DNA of 64,000 nucleotides, taken from the NCBI GenBank assembly GCA_003252385.1, contig QKEH01000139.1, positions 22,598-86,597 on the forward strand. Reading direction: 5' to 3'. Within the stretch, counting starts at the first letter, position 1. Each line of letters opens with the position of its first letter. This DNA comes from Bacteroidota bacterium. Lineage in GTDB: Bacteria > Bacteroidota > Bacteroidia > Bacteroidales > UBA10428. The translations under genes and the position numbers were made by a program. This document shows, in pieces, positions 54,167-64,000 of the stretch. The notes beneath the pieces were generated by a model that did not search any database, was not told the DNA's origin, and saw only the letters and a list, made by a program, of their open reading frames with translations.

Positions 54167-56143
54167 TTATTCGGCCAACACGGAAAGTATTTCTTGTTCC
54201 GATTCCACGTGTTCCACCCAATCGATGGTATTTAGTAATGCTGCTACACTGGGGGCATAGGAAATAGCTTCCCGGGGGGCATATGGGGGGTTGCCATCAA
54301 AAACTTCGGAAATGGAACCAATACCCTGTTCGAGAAGTGTAGCTTCAAAATCGTTGATTACTTTTTTTATAGCAGCTAATCCCGATAACTTAAAAAGTCT
54401 CAGATAGCCGGTACAATAATGTTCCACCAACCAGGGCCATGCACTTCCCTGATGCAGGGCATAATCGCGTTCCGATGGATACCCCTCACACCTGCTCTGG
54501 TATTGCGGATGATTAGGCGCCAGGGAGCGTAGCCCCCGGGGGGTGAGCAAATCCCGACGAACCAGTTCCAATACAGACTTTTGCATTTCTTTGGTTAGAG
54601 GGGTATAAGGCAGTGAGGTCGCAATCACCTGATTGGGGCGTATGGAAAAATCTTTATAGTCGCCATTGGTATAATCGGCCAGGTAGTTATAACTATCACT
54701 CCAGAATTCGCTGATGAAAGCCTCCTTCATCTTTCCGGCCAAAGCCTTCCAACGTTTGGCCACCAAGGGTTCGTCGGATTTTTCGGCCAGTTCGGCACTG
54801 AAACAAAGAGCATTGTACCACAAGGCATTCACTTCAACAGTACAGCCTGTGCGAGGTGTTACGGGTTTGCCATCCACTACCGAGTTCATCCAGGTAAGAG
54901 CTATTCCCGGTTCCCCGGCGTATATCAGTCCGTTAGGAAGCATGTGGATGTTATGAAGCGTTCCTTCCGAGAAGTATTTGATGATTTGTTTAATCGCTTT
55001 GTGATAGGTGTCCCACATGAATTTACAATCGTTGGTTTTAAGGCAATACTGTTGTATGGCCCAAATAAACCAAAGCGAGGCATCTACGGACTTGTATTCG
55101 AAACGGTCGTCGGTGTAAACATCGGGGAAGAGACCCTGATGCATCCGTTGAACCATGGTGTCCAATACTTGTTTGTAATTTTTTATATCGCCCAAGGGCA
55201 GTAGCAGACCCGGCATACTAATAAAAGTATTTCGCGCGGTGTAGCCATACCAGTGGAAACCCGACATAATTTCAGTTTTCCTTTCCCTATGTACAATAAA
55301 TTGTTCTGCACTGTTAATCAGGCAATCTTTGAAAGTATTGCGGGCGATGCGTTTTTTTTCGCCAACGACAAATTTGCGCCCCAGCGTTGAAGGGGTCGTT
55401 TCGGTAGTGCTGGCCGAGAAAATAAGCGTTTCTCCTTGTTTGACCGGTAATTCAAAATATCCGGGCACAAAAAGATCTTCCTTATAATCGTAACCGCGGC
55501 GTTGCTCCTCGAGGTACTCCACATTATAGTACCAATCGGGGGTAGGAATAAATTCGTTCTCTTTGGAAAATTGCATGTGCAAATAAGGATACCCGGCATA
55601 CAATCGTATTTTTATGCCATTGGGAATAAACTTAACCCGGGTTTGAGCATGTAAATTGGCCTTACTCAGCTGATGCATATTCCGGAATGCCAGGAAGGGT
55701 GTAAAACGCAACCGGGTGGGCTTGTCGAGTTCCTGAATGGTATAGCGAACCAAAATTTGCTGTTCCTTTTCTACCAGTAAACTTTCGCGCAAAATGCGCA
55801 CCCCGCCGACACGGTAATAAATTTGCATGACCGTTTCCACCTGAAAGTCCTGCACGTATTTATGACCTTTAGGGGTGTAATTATCCCCTTCGTATTTCCG
55901 TATTCCCAAATTGAATTCGCTTTTACCCTGCACTACGGTGCAGTCGAGTGACGAGAGCAAAACATGTTTGTCTCCATCAAGATGTTCCATGGGACATACC
56001 AGCAAACCATGATATTTCCGGGTATTGCAACCGACGATGGTGGTACTTGCATAGGATCCGGCCCGGTTGGTGCGAAGCAACTCCCTACCCAGGGAATACT
56101 CCAGATTAACCAACTCGGATTTGTCGAAATTTAGGTAACTCAT
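54167..56143 (-). CDS. Glycogen debranching enzyme (amylo-alpha-1,6-glucosidase family)
   Basis: The N-terminal debranching-enzyme domain pattern (NRAGSYASTTIVGCNTRKYHGLLV) and a C-terminal (alpha/alpha)6 amylo-1,6-glucosidase pattern (LTWMNSVVDGKPVTPRTG..VEVNALWYNAL, GSAWPWL). Confidence 0.85.
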   Translation of the reverse strand: MSYLNFDKSELVNLEYSLGRELLRTNRAGSYASTTIVGCNTRKYHGLLVCPMEHLDGDKHVLLSSLDCTVVQGKSEFNLGIRKYEGDNYTPKGHKYVQDFQVETVMQIYYRVGGVRILRESLLVEKEQQILVRYTIQELDKPTRLRFTPFLAFRNMHQLSKANLHAQTRVKFIPNGIKIRLYAGYPYLHMQFSKENEFIPTPDWYYNVEYLEEQRRGYDYKEDLFVPGYFELPVKQGETLIFSASTTETTPSTLGRKFVVGEKKRIARNTFKDCLINSAEQFIVHRERKTEIMSGFHWYGYTARNTFISMPGLLLPLGDIKNYKQVLDTMVQRMHQGLFPDVYTDDRFEYKSVDASLWFIWAIQQYCLKTNDCKFMWDTYHKAIKQIIKYFSEGTLHNIHMLPNGLIYAGEPGIALTWMNSVVDGKPVTPRTGCTVEVNALWYNALCFSAELAEKSDEPLVAKRWKALAGKMKEAFISEFWSDSYNYLADYTNGDYKDFSIRPNQVIATSLPYTPLTKEMQKSVLELVRRDLLTPRGLRSLAPNHPQYQSRCEGYPSERDYALHQGSAWPWLVEHYCTGYLRLFKLSGLAAIKKVINDFEATLLEQGIGSISEVFDGNPPYAPREAISYAPSVAALLNTIDWVEHVESEQEILSVLAE

Positions 56144-56388
56144 GCCTGTGCTAATCTTTTTAAAATTAACAAATTGAATACAATAATGTTGCGATTTTTT
56201 GCAGGAAGAAACAGCAGGATTGGGTTGCTCAATACTTCTTCATTACAAAATTCTCAGCTTTGAAAGCTTATTAAAGTTAGTTTAACCTTTTGAATAATCC
56301 ACTATAAAAACCAAGCAATAATGGAATCTTTTTTTAATGGTACGGAAGAATATATACGCTGTAATCCGTGAATTTTAGAAGGGAATTG

Positions 56389-56396
56389 TAGTTTTG
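56389..56396 (+). promoter_or_regulatory. Candidate -7 promoter box (TAGTTTTG)
   Basis: Matches TAnnTTTG and lies 29 nt upstream of the 56425 ATG, inside a 280-nt AT-rich divergent intergenic region. Confidence 0.35.
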
Positions 56397-56424
56397 TAAA
56401 ATTGTAATCCGAATCGTTTTATTT

Positions 56425-57582
56425 ATGTACAGGCCGTTTATACATTTTCTGACTGGCGCATGCATTTTGCTACTGACTCAGTGTTCTCCTGATCAGCAAT
56501 TCACTGTCGGTGGAACTTTTTCTGTTGCAGATCCTACCCCGGTAAAACTCTTCCTACTCACCAGCGAAGAAGCGGTACTGATCGACTCGTCCCATACGGA
56601 AGACGGTAAATTTCAACTCTCCGGAACCTCGGAATATGCAGGAATCTACCTCTTGAAGTTTTTCAACGACCAACGAATTTTCCTGATTGTTCATCCGGGA
56701 GATGACATTGATCTGGAGATCGACAACTCGACAGAATGGATCAGTTACTATGTTAAAAACTCCCTCGATTCCAAATGGGTGAAAGAATTAACCGACCGGC
56801 AAAACCAGGTGTTGAGGACATTCGATCAGCTTAGCGAAATGTGGTCGCAAGCGGGTTCGGACAGTACACTTCGCCACACCATTGACAGTACCTACCATGC
56901 CACGCTTCGCGACCATCGCGATTCTACACGAGATTTCATCCTAAAGCACCCCCATTCGCTGGCTACCCTTATGGCAGTGTACCAAAACCTGGGACGAAAT
57001 TCGCAGTCGCTCTTTGACCCCTACGATGACCACAAACTATTCAGCTTTGTAGACTCCAACCTGACAACCCTGTACCCGAACACCGCGGCTGTTCAGGCTT
57101 TAAACAAGGAAGTAAACGATATCCGCTCGCAAATCCAGCAAAAGAAACTTATTGAAAAAATCGTGGAAGAAGGACGTCCATTTCCTCCATTCGCCTACCC
57201 GAAACTGCATGGCGACACCATTCGACTGAGCGGATACAGCGGAAAACCTGCCGTGCTCCTTTTTTGGGCAACCTGGAACAGCTATTCCGTAAGCCAGCTG
57301 CAGGCTCTAAATACTCTTGCCTGCACACCTGCAGCCAGAAAACTGGATATCGTTACCATTTCGCTGGACACGTCGCCTGAACTGCTGGATACCTTTTTGG
57401 TACGACAAAACATACAAGTTCCCGTGGTTTGCGATTATGCCTATTGGGATTCTGAAATTCCGGCCCGATATGCGGTAAAACGTATTCCCTCCTCCCTGCT
57501 CATAAATACACAAGGAGTTATTGTCGGAAAAGATATCTTTGGTACCGATCTTGACTATCGCATAAACGCACTACTTCCATGA
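56425..57582 (+). CDS. TlpA/AhpC-TSA-like thioredoxin-fold lipoprotein lacking both active-site cysteines
   Basis: Lipobox LLLTQC, an N-terminal DUF4369-like beta domain and a C-terminal thioredoxin fold. The canonical FWATWCGPC reads FWATWNSYS. Confidence 0.65.
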   Translation: MYRPFIHFLTGACILLLTQCSPDQQFTVGGTFSVADPTPVKLFLLTSEEAVLIDSSHTEDGKFQLSGTSEYAGIYLLKFFNDQRIFLIVHPGDDIDLEIDNSTEWISYYVKNSLDSKWVKELTDRQNQVLRTFDQLSEMWSQAGSDSTLRHTIDSTYHATLRDHRDSTRDFILKHPHSLATLMAVYQNLGRNSQSLFDPYDDHKLFSFVDSNLTTLYPNTAAVQALNKEVNDIRSQIQQKKLIEKIVEEGRPFPPFAYPKLHGDTIRLSGYSGKPAVLLFWATWNSYSVSQLQALNTLACTPAARKLDIVTISLDTSPELLDTFLVRQNIQVPVVCDYAYWDSEIPARYAVKRIPSSLLINTQGVIVGKDIFGTDLDYRINALLP

Positions 57583-58745
57583 AACTCTTTCCCTTCGTTC
57601 TGGCCATAGTGGTTTTGGCCTCCTGTGCCCGAACCCATAAAGCCACCATTACCGGAACCATCGATCGTATCCAACCCGGCGAAACTGCTTTTCTTGAGGA
57701 AATCACGCCCTCCGGATTACGCATGGTGGATTCGGCAGCCATTAACAAAAAGGGAAACTTTAAACTGTCAGCCCCTCTGGTCCGCCCCGGCTTCTATCAA
57801 TTGTCGGTTTTTAGTGGTCAAAAACTAACGCTGATCCTTCAACCCGGCGATAAAATAACTTTTACCACCGACATACAGGATTTTTATACCCGCAAAACCC
57901 TTGAAGGTTCCCCCGTTTCGGCACGAGTAAACCTGCTTCACGACAGTCTTCGCCATGTTTCCCAGACCTTGCTTTCCATCGAAAAAGAATACGCACAAGC
58001 CGATAGCATTTCACCCGAAGGAATACAGCTCCGAGAACAGCTTTCGAAAAAATACGACGCAATAATGGAGAACTACCACCGGTTCTCGGCTGGATTTGTG
58101 ATTGAAGACCTGGCATCGTTGGCCAATGTGGCAGCCCTGTATCAGGAATATGCCCCGGGTTATTATGTGTTCCACAAAAGCAGCGACCTGCAGTATTTTA
58201 AACTTGTGCGCGACACCCTTTCGAAATACTACCCGCAAGTGGGTATGGTTACCAATTTGCAAAACAACTTCAGCACATTTTACAAACAATACACCCAAAT
58301 GCAGCTCCTCCAGAAAGCCCAGCCCCGCGAAGTGGCTTTCCACTATTTTGAGCTGCCCGACCTCCATGGCAATATAAAATCCATGCACAATTTGTCGGAC
58401 AAACTGGTATTGTTAAGTTTCTGGTCGAACACCGAAGCGTCCTGTGTGGCCAATAATCAGGAACTGCTGCCCATTTACAAGAAATACCACGGCCAAGGTT
58501 TTGAAATATACCAGGTTGGGCTTACCCGCAACATGGCCAACTGGCAGTCGGCAGTCCGGTTTGAAAACTTTCCCTGGATCAGCGTTTGTGATACGGCGTA
58601 TCCCAACTCTGAATCGCTGCGGTTTTACCATGTCAGCTCGGTGCCTACCAACTACCTTATTGACCTGCGCAAACCTGATATCCTGGCGCGCGACCTGACC
58701 CCCGGGCAATTAGACCATACCCTGAATCACCTTCTGAATCGGTAA
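57579..58745 (+). CDS. TlpA/AhpC-TSA-like thioredoxin-fold lipoprotein with a single active-site cysteine (tandem paralog)
   Basis: Lipobox VLASC and the same two-domain layout as 56425-57582. The active-site region reads FWSNTEASC (ExxC instead of CxxC). It overlaps the upstream paralog by 4 nt. Confidence 0.65.
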   Translation: MKLFPFVLAIVVLASCARTHKATITGTIDRIQPGETAFLEEITPSGLRMVDSAAINKKGNFKLSAPLVRPGFYQLSVFSGQKLTLILQPGDKITFTTDIQDFYTRKTLEGSPVSARVNLLHDSLRHVSQTLLSIEKEYAQADSISPEGIQLREQLSKKYDAIMENYHRFSAGFVIEDLASLANVAALYQEYAPGYYVFHKSSDLQYFKLVRDTLSKYYPQVGMVTNLQNNFSTFYKQYTQMQLLQKAQPREVAFHYFELPDLHGNIKSMHNLSDKLVLLSFWSNTEASCVANNQELLPIYKKYHGQGFEIYQVGLTRNMANWQSAVRFENFPWISVCDTAYPNSESLRFYHVSSVPTNYLIDLRKPDILARDLTPGQLDHTLNHLLNR

Positions 58746-58751
58746 ACCCGC

Positions 58752-59558
58752 GTGAAAGAAAAAAAGAACATATATTTCATCTCGGACCTGCACCTGGGAT
58801 TGTATCCTCTCGAGAAAAGCGCCGTACGCGAGAAAATTGTTGTTGATTTCCTCGACCAAATCCGCGACGATGCTGCCGAATTGTACCTGATGGGTGATAT
58901 TTTCGATTTCTGGCACGAGTACAAGCATGTAGTTCCCAAAGGATTTACACGTTTCCTGGGCCGATTGGCCATGATGGCCGATTCGGGCACCCGCCTGCAT
59001 TTTTTCACGGGCAACCACGATATTTGGGCCTATGGATACTTTACCGAAGAGTTGGGTATGAAAATATACCGTCAACCCCTGGTTACAACCCTGCACGGCA
59101 AAAAATTCTTTCTGGCCCATGGCGATGGACTGGGACGTGGCGACAATGGCTATAAGCTGCTCAAATGGTTCTTTACCAACAAATTTCTCCAGTTTTGTTT
59201 TGCCCGGCTTCATCCCAATTTTGCCCTCTGGATTGGGAAAACCTGGTCGAAAAACAGTCGGTATTCGAAAGGTATTGTTGCTGAAGAATTTGCCGGCGAA
59301 GAAGGCGAATTGCAAATTCAGTTTGCCAAAGAAGAACTAAAACACCATCATTACGACTACTTTGTATTTGGCCACCGGCACATTCCGAGTGTGATTACCC
59401 TGGGTGAAAAAACCCAGGTAATTAACCTGGGGGATTGGATTTACAGTTTCACCTATGCGGTACTGGAAGGTGACCGGTTAAGTCTCAGAAGTTTCACCCA
59501 GAACCATGATCCTATTCTCTACAAGCACTATCCCAATAGGCCCTCCCATGAAAACTAA
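58752..59558 (+). CDS. lpxH: UDP-2,3-diacylglucosamine diphosphatase LpxH
   Basis: Calcineurin-like metallophosphoesterase motifs in the LpxH arrangement: YFISDLHLG, LMGDIFDFW, GNHD, LAHGDG and FGHRH. The ORF has a GTG start. Confidence 0.85.
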   Translation: MKEKKNIYFISDLHLGLYPLEKSAVREKIVVDFLDQIRDDAAELYLMGDIFDFWHEYKHVVPKGFTRFLGRLAMMADSGTRLHFFTGNHDIWAYGYFTEELGMKIYRQPLVTTLHGKKFFLAHGDGLGRGDNGYKLLKWFFTNKFLQFCFARLHPNFALWIGKTWSKNSRYSKGIVAEEFAGEEGELQIQFAKEELKHHHYDYFVFGHRHIPSVITLGEKTQVINLGDWIYSFTYAVLEGDRLSLRSFTQNHDPILYKHYPNRPSHEN

Positions 59559-60891
59559 AATCATCTTCTCCCTGCTCTTAATCTGCTCGGCAATTTTGAA
59601 TGCCCAATCGCCTTTTGTTAAAGGCTATGTGGTTACTCTGCAGAATGATACCCTCACAGGGCTTCTTCACCGCGATGGACTTCACGCCCGCACCAATGCA
59701 TGTACCTACCGGGCCGATTCGGTATCGGAATCCGTAATTTACACCGCCAACGACCTTAAAGGCTACGGATATTCCGGATCCAAATGCTTCCGCAGTAAAA
59801 CCCTAATTATAAACGAGAAGCCCGTTACGCGCTTTACCGAGTGTTTGCTCGATGGCGCTATTAGTTTATATCTGGTTCAGGGGGCTGATTTTGATGACCG
59901 GTACCTGGCCGAGATGGACACCAACAGCTATGAATTGAATAATGATATGGTTAGCTATACCCAAAATGGCACCCATTACCAAAAACATTCCGAACAGTAC
60001 AAAGGCACCCTGAAATTTATTACCCGTCAGGTACCCTCGCTGCGATCGCAGATAGAAACGACCAACTTCAGGCCGGCTGCCCTGGTGAAAGTATGTAAGG
60101 AATATCATACTGCCACCGCTGCAAATACCCCCATGAAGGAATACTATGGTCAGGTGGAAAAAGTGAAAAACCACTGGGAATTGCAGTTTGGAGTGCTTGG
60201 TGGAGCAGGAATCTCGAAAGTTGCCATGAAGGATGGGTTGAAATATGTTGGAACGGATATAGAAATCCTGGGCGACGGTCGCTATACTGCCGAATTCTAT
60301 GGCTCCGATCATTATTCGGGATTTGGCAGGACCAGTTATTCCGGACAAAGTAACCTGATACTCCCGGGTATATCCCTGGCAATGGAGCAGGGCAACGTTC
60401 AGGCCATTCAACTGGAAGTGTGGGTGAGCAGACAGCAGTTTACCATGGGTACCAACCCACTCGAATTCACCGCCCTATCTGTACCCGTTCTGTATCGCAG
60501 AAACTTTTTACCTGCCCAAAAACTCCGCCCCTACCTAACCGTTGGATTGCAAACCCACGTGTACACACAGGTGTCCCTTTTGGACAGTATCCGTGTCGAT
60601 TACGGCGCACCCGCTCTGGGGCTTTATAACGAGGTGGATTACACCGAAAAAGACCTTTACGAGAAGCGCCCCGGGAACGAAACCGGCACCGTCTTCAGTC
60701 TGGGTGCAGCAGCAGGTATCGGAGCCCGGTACGAAATTCACAGGAACGGGTTCCTGCAACTGGAATGCCGCACCAACCTGGCCTACTGGAAAGGTTCGCA
60801 CACCCTGCAGAATGAAATCTATTCAGAATTCGTATGGTTGCACTACGGATTTCAAGTCCAACTCTCCTATGTGGTTGGCCTGGAACTCTAA
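59548..60891 (+). CDS. Hypothetical outer-membrane (beta-barrel-like) protein
   Basis: ATG at 59548 gives a signal peptide (MKTKIIFSLLLICSAILNAQ). The C-terminal half has alternating hydrophobic/aromatic beta-strand patterns. I recognised no family. Confidence 0.45.
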   Translation: MKTKIIFSLLLICSAILNAQSPFVKGYVVTLQNDTLTGLLHRDGLHARTNACTYRADSVSESVIYTANDLKGYGYSGSKCFRSKTLIINEKPVTRFTECLLDGAISLYLVQGADFDDRYLAEMDTNSYELNNDMVSYTQNGTHYQKHSEQYKGTLKFITRQVPSLRSQIETTNFRPAALVKVCKEYHTATAANTPMKEYYGQVEKVKNHWELQFGVLGGAGISKVAMKDGLKYVGTDIEILGDGRYTAEFYGSDHYSGFGRTSYSGQSNLILPGISLAMEQGNVQAIQLEVWVSRQQFTMGTNPLEFTALSVPVLYRRNFLPAQKLRPYLTVGLQTHVYTQVSLLDSIRVDYGAPALGLYNEVDYTEKDLYEKRPGNETGTVFSLGAAAGIGARYEIHRNGFLQLECRTNLAYWKGSHTLQNEIYSEFVWLHYGFQVQLSYVVGLEL

Positions 60892-62912
60892 TTCTGAATG
60901 AGGTATTTCTTCATCACTTTAACAATATCGCGTTGTTGTAAGGGTTTTAACAGCAAATGGTCGCCTCCGGCACGACGGAAGTTATCGTGCTCCGTAGTTT
61001 CGGTAGAGGCAGTGAGCGCAATCACCGGCAGTTGACGGAAACTTTCCATGTGCCGGATTTGTTCGGTTACCTCAACCCCGGTTGGCGTAGGCATTTTCAG
61101 GTCGACAAACACAATGTCGTATGGGCAGGTAACCAGTTTTTCCAATCCGGTTTGACCGTCGAGGCAGGTATCTAATTGATAATTTTCGAAGTTCTCGTTT
61201 AAAAACTCACGGAATATCTCGCAGTTCAAAGCAATATCATCGATATACAACACCCGAACCTCCTTGGGAAAAATAGTCTTGGTCTGACGCTCGGCATCTT
61301 CACCGTTCCTGTGTTTTTTCTTTTGCAGGGGTACATCGGTCAACCAAAGGGTAAAGGTCGATCCCTCATCGGGGACACTTTCCTTTATGAACAAATCGCC
61401 CTTCATCAGGCGAGCCAGTTTCAGCGATATGGCCAGTCCCAGTCCGGTTCCTCCGTACTTTTGTACCGATTGATTCTCTTTTTGCACAAAAGCTTCAAAA
61501 ATCCGTTTTTGCTGATCCATAGGGATGCCCACTCCGGTATCCTGTATGTCGATGGTGATATCGGCCAATTCCTCATCCTCTTTAACCCGAACCTGGGTTG
61601 AAATGGTTATGGAACCTTCCTCCGTAAACTTGAACGCATTTCCAATCACATTCATCAGGATCTGCTTAAGACGCACCGGATCGGTAACCACCTGATCGGA
61701 AAAGTCGTCAGGCAGCTGGAGGGTGTAGTTGATTTTTCGGGTTAGGGCATTGGCAGAGAACAGCACATACACTTCCTGAATGAGCGCTCCCAAATCGAAG
61801 GGTGCCAGGGATAAATTCACCTGATTGGCTTCAATCTTCGATAAATCAAGAATATCGTTGATCAGTGCGAGCAGGGTTTCGCCCGCCAGGCTGATGTTCT
61901 TCACCATGCTCGCCTTTTTTATGTCGGTTTCCCTGCGTTCCAGTACAGCCGAAAATCCAAGAATGGCATTGAGGGGGGTTCGGATTTCATGGCTCATATT
62001 CGCCATAAAAGCACTAAGGGATTTATTAGCCGATTCGGCCTTTTCTTTTTCCTGGCTCAAACGGGTAGATAGTTTCTTTAACTGTTCGTTGGAATACTTC
62101 AACTTTTCGGTGCGTTCTACTACGCGATTCTCCAGCGTGTGGTTCAATTCCCCCAACTCATTGAATGCAAAACGTAACTGATCAATATGTGCCTGAATCT
62201 GGTTGTCCTTATCGGCCAAACCGTCCAGCATGGCTTTATATGCCAGCAACAACTGCCTGATCTCACGGGTGTTCGATGTAGGAAGTTCGACGTGATATTC
62301 CCCTTCCCGGATTCGGGTGGTGGTGTCGGCCAATTGCTTCAACGGTTGCAAGGCCTGACGGGTAAACCGTGCGGTAACGGGTATGGTTAAGCCAATAAGT
62401 GCAAGGGTCAGGTAAAAATAAATGTGAAAACTGTTCCAAAACAGCTCGCGCAGGCGCACGGTAGAATACCCCAGACAAAACAACCATCGTTCCTGATCTT
62501 CATGGTGTTTGATTTCGAGAGGAATAAGCCATACCCGGGTAGCCCGATCCAGACATTTGCGATTGGTCTTGGATCGGAGCGTTTTAATTCCGTGAAAAAA
62601 CGCCCTTTCCCGATCCGTTATTTCATGAATGGGCTTACTGGATAATTCGATTTCGCGGTTTCCATTAACAATGTACCAGAAGGAAAAATTTTCGTCGTGG
62701 GCAATTTCATTCAACAATTCGAACGGCCATATGCGCTCAAAGTAGCCAATCTCCAACTGGGTAGCGGCTCCCGAAGCGAGTGTCAGCTGGGTTTTGTCCA
62801 GCGCTTCCGATATGGCTTTATCTTCGTGACGTACCGCCGTAATCACAAAAGCTGCAATAACAAACAGCAGGATAAGGGATACCCCAAGATATATTTTATA
62901 GAACAGACCCAT
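60888..62912 (-). CDS. Hybrid sensor histidine kinase/response regulator (2 TM, HAMP, HisKA, HATPase, REC)
   Basis: TM segments at the N-terminus and around aa 165-185, H-box SHEIRTPLNAILGF, G-box GTGLGLAISL and REC (VFVDLKMPTPTG, LLKPL). Confidence 0.85.
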   Translation of the reverse strand: MGLFYKIYLGVSLILLFVIAAFVITAVRHEDKAISEALDKTQLTLASGAATQLEIGYFERIWPFELLNEIAHDENFSFWYIVNGNREIELSSKPIHEITDRERAFFHGIKTLRSKTNRKCLDRATRVWLIPLEIKHHEDQERWLFCLGYSTVRLRELFWNSFHIYFYLTLALIGLTIPVTARFTRQALQPLKQLADTTTRIREGEYHVELPTSNTREIRQLLLAYKAMLDGLADKDNQIQAHIDQLRFAFNELGELNHTLENRVVERTEKLKYSNEQLKKLSTRLSQEKEKAESANKSLSAFMANMSHEIRTPLNAILGFSAVLERRETDIKKASMVKNISLAGETLLALINDILDLSKIEANQVNLSLAPFDLGALIQEVYVLFSANALTRKINYTLQLPDDFSDQVVTDPVRLKQILMNVIGNAFKFTEEGSITISTQVRVKEDEELADITIDIQDTGVGIPMDQQKRIFEAFVQKENQSVQKYGGTGLGLAISLKLARLMKGDLFIKESVPDEGSTFTLWLTDVPLQKKKHRNGEDAERQTKTIFPKEVRVLYIDDIALNCEIFREFLNENFENYQLDTCLDGQTGLEKLVTCPYDIVFVDLKMPTPTGVEVTEQIRHMESFRQLPVIALTASTETTEHDNFRRAGGDHLLLKPLQQRDIVKVMKKYLIQN

Positions 62913-62946
62913 CAGGTAGTGAGGCGCTTGTGTTGATTGTAAAGTG

Positions 62947-64000
62947 TCAGGGTTCCGGGAATATTAAAATACCCGTCATGAGGTTGCCGTAGATATTACC
63001 AATTCCGGGAACATAGCCATGTTCGCCATTCGTAAAGGTTAACAACCAGGGTTTATCCTCGAGCGACATGCGCAACGATTGCGCCATTAAAGGATGCTGC
63101 TCGGCTGGAATGGATACCGGGTAGGAAGCACAACAAAACACCAATGCCGAAGAGACCCGTGTTTCAGGCGCATTGATAATGGCATATTCGGGTTGTTTCC
63201 ACAAATGGTTAATCAGCAGGTTGTATTTGCCTTCGGCGTAATAAATGGTATCCCCTTCAGCGATATGAAAATGTTGTTGCACACGTAAGTTCTTGTTTTC
63301 ATCCAGCGTAGGATGCATAAACTGGTAGTAATCCACTCCGGTTTCGTGCCGTTTTAGGTAGATGGGGTGCAGCGTGCTAAAGTTCAGAAAGGCCCAGTTG
63401 GCGGTATCAATGCTTTCCACCGGGCGCCCGCACCATTCGCTGTAGACCTCTTTGGATGGCCGGCCATCTATTTCGTACAGAACCCCATCGCGGGTATGGG
63501 TAACCCGCCCGTAATTCCGGGTTAACGAAAAACCTCCCCGAAAATCGCAGGCAATGTTTTTCTCGGAAAAAAGCAGGGCCATAACAAAATTGTTTCCATG
63601 CACCTGACGGGTAAAGTTGGCAATTTTATCACCTTCAATCCAACCGCCAAAAATGGGCACCTCGCCATGGAAGTAGTCGGAAACCTTGGAGAAGATTTCC
63701 TTGGATTCCCCATCGCTGATGAGTATAATCTTATTGGGTTTTTGCGACATGGGTTCCAGGCCGGCATCGCGGTAAGCCATCTCCACGGCTCTGCTTACCA
63801 GCGATTGATTGGTTGTATCGTCGTCCAGAGTTCCCGAAGCCACGCCCGTTTTGAGGTAAGGATATCGCAACGACATGGCCGTAACATGGTGGTACGAATA
63901 TCGATTGGAACCATCGGGGAAAAGGTTCAGGTCGTACACAATGCTCCAACCAAAAAATTTCCGCCGGGGGTAATGTGCTTTCAGAGTTGCTAAAACCGAA
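62947..64000 (-). CDS. FIST-domain-like sensory protein (5' end beyond window)
   Basis: The frame stays open upstream of the track's GTG at 63939 through to position 64000 (...SVLATLKAHYPRRKFFGWSI-VYDLN). The pattern GVLYEIDGRPSKEVYSEW resembles FIST_C. It sits directly upstream of a hybrid kinase, which is typical for FIST proteins. Confidence 0.55.
   Translation of the reverse strand, partial: SVLATLKAHYPRRKFFGWSIVYDLNLFPDGSNRYSYHHVTAMSLRYPYLKTGVASGTLDDDTTNQSLVSRAVEMAYRDAGLEPMSQKPNKIILISDGESKEIFSKVSDYFHGEVPIFGGWIEGDKIANFTRQVHGNNFVMALLFSEKNIACDFRGGFSLTRNYGRVTHTRDGVLYEIDGRPSKEVYSEWCGRPVESIDTANWAFLNFSTLHPIYLKRHETGVDYYQFMHPTLDENKNLRVQQHFHIAEGDTIYYAEGKYNLLINHLWKQPEYAIINAPETRVSSALVFCCASYPVSIPAEQHPLMAQSLRMSLEDKPWLLTFTNGEHGYVPGIGNIYGNLMTGILIFPEP

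Noticed and set aside
1-64000. Scan for CRISPR arrays, rRNA, IS elements/transposases, integrases and toxin-antitoxin pairs
   Set aside because: I saw no regularly spaced direct repeats, no rRNA-like sequence and no ORF with transposase (DDE), integrase or recombinase motifs. The scan was done by eye only, so short or degenerate elements could have been missed.

Overview
This is a chromosomal segment that looks like Bacteroidota. The evidence is T9SS C-terminal sorting domains, a DUF5686/CarboxypepD_reg outer-membrane protein, a eukaryote-type GT3 glycogen synthase with the GH57/GT4/debranching triad, and TAnnTTTG -7 boxes.

Housekeeping genes:
- tig-clpP-clpX (clpX is cut by the window edge), tRNA-Leu(TAG), lptB, tatC, recQ, rpsT, asd, hflX
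- two tandem TonB paralogs, tRNA-Ala(GGC), trxA, a DJ-1 family gene, lpxH

Signalling and metabolism:
- five histidine-kinase or response-regulator loci
- a glycogen-metabolism block at 46978-56143

I saw no transposase, integrase, CRISPR array or rRNA.

The stand-out is a tightly packed 11-gene, same-strand operon at 31344-44783.
- It combines two CheR-like methyltransferases and a receiver-less CheB methylesterase with three paralogous membrane GAF sensors. There is no CheA, CheW or MCP signalling domain anywhere in the window.
- Downstream lies a SiaA/SiaB/SiaC-like unit: a PP2C phosphatase, an HATPase-type Ser/Thr kinase and a DUF1987 protein with the conserved Thr. It has no diguanylate cyclase.
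- The operon ends in an ABCG-type transporter with a ~260-aa N-terminal regulatory extension, followed by two secreted proteins of unknown function.
- The coiled coils after the GAF domains of the two large sensors carry heptad-spaced EE/EQ pairs. Each includes one exact match to the classical CheR site consensus E-E-x-x-A-T.
- I propose this is an undescribed chain: methylation-adapted GAF sensors, then a partner switch, then the transporter.

All functional calls rest on motif recognition by eye. No database searches were run.
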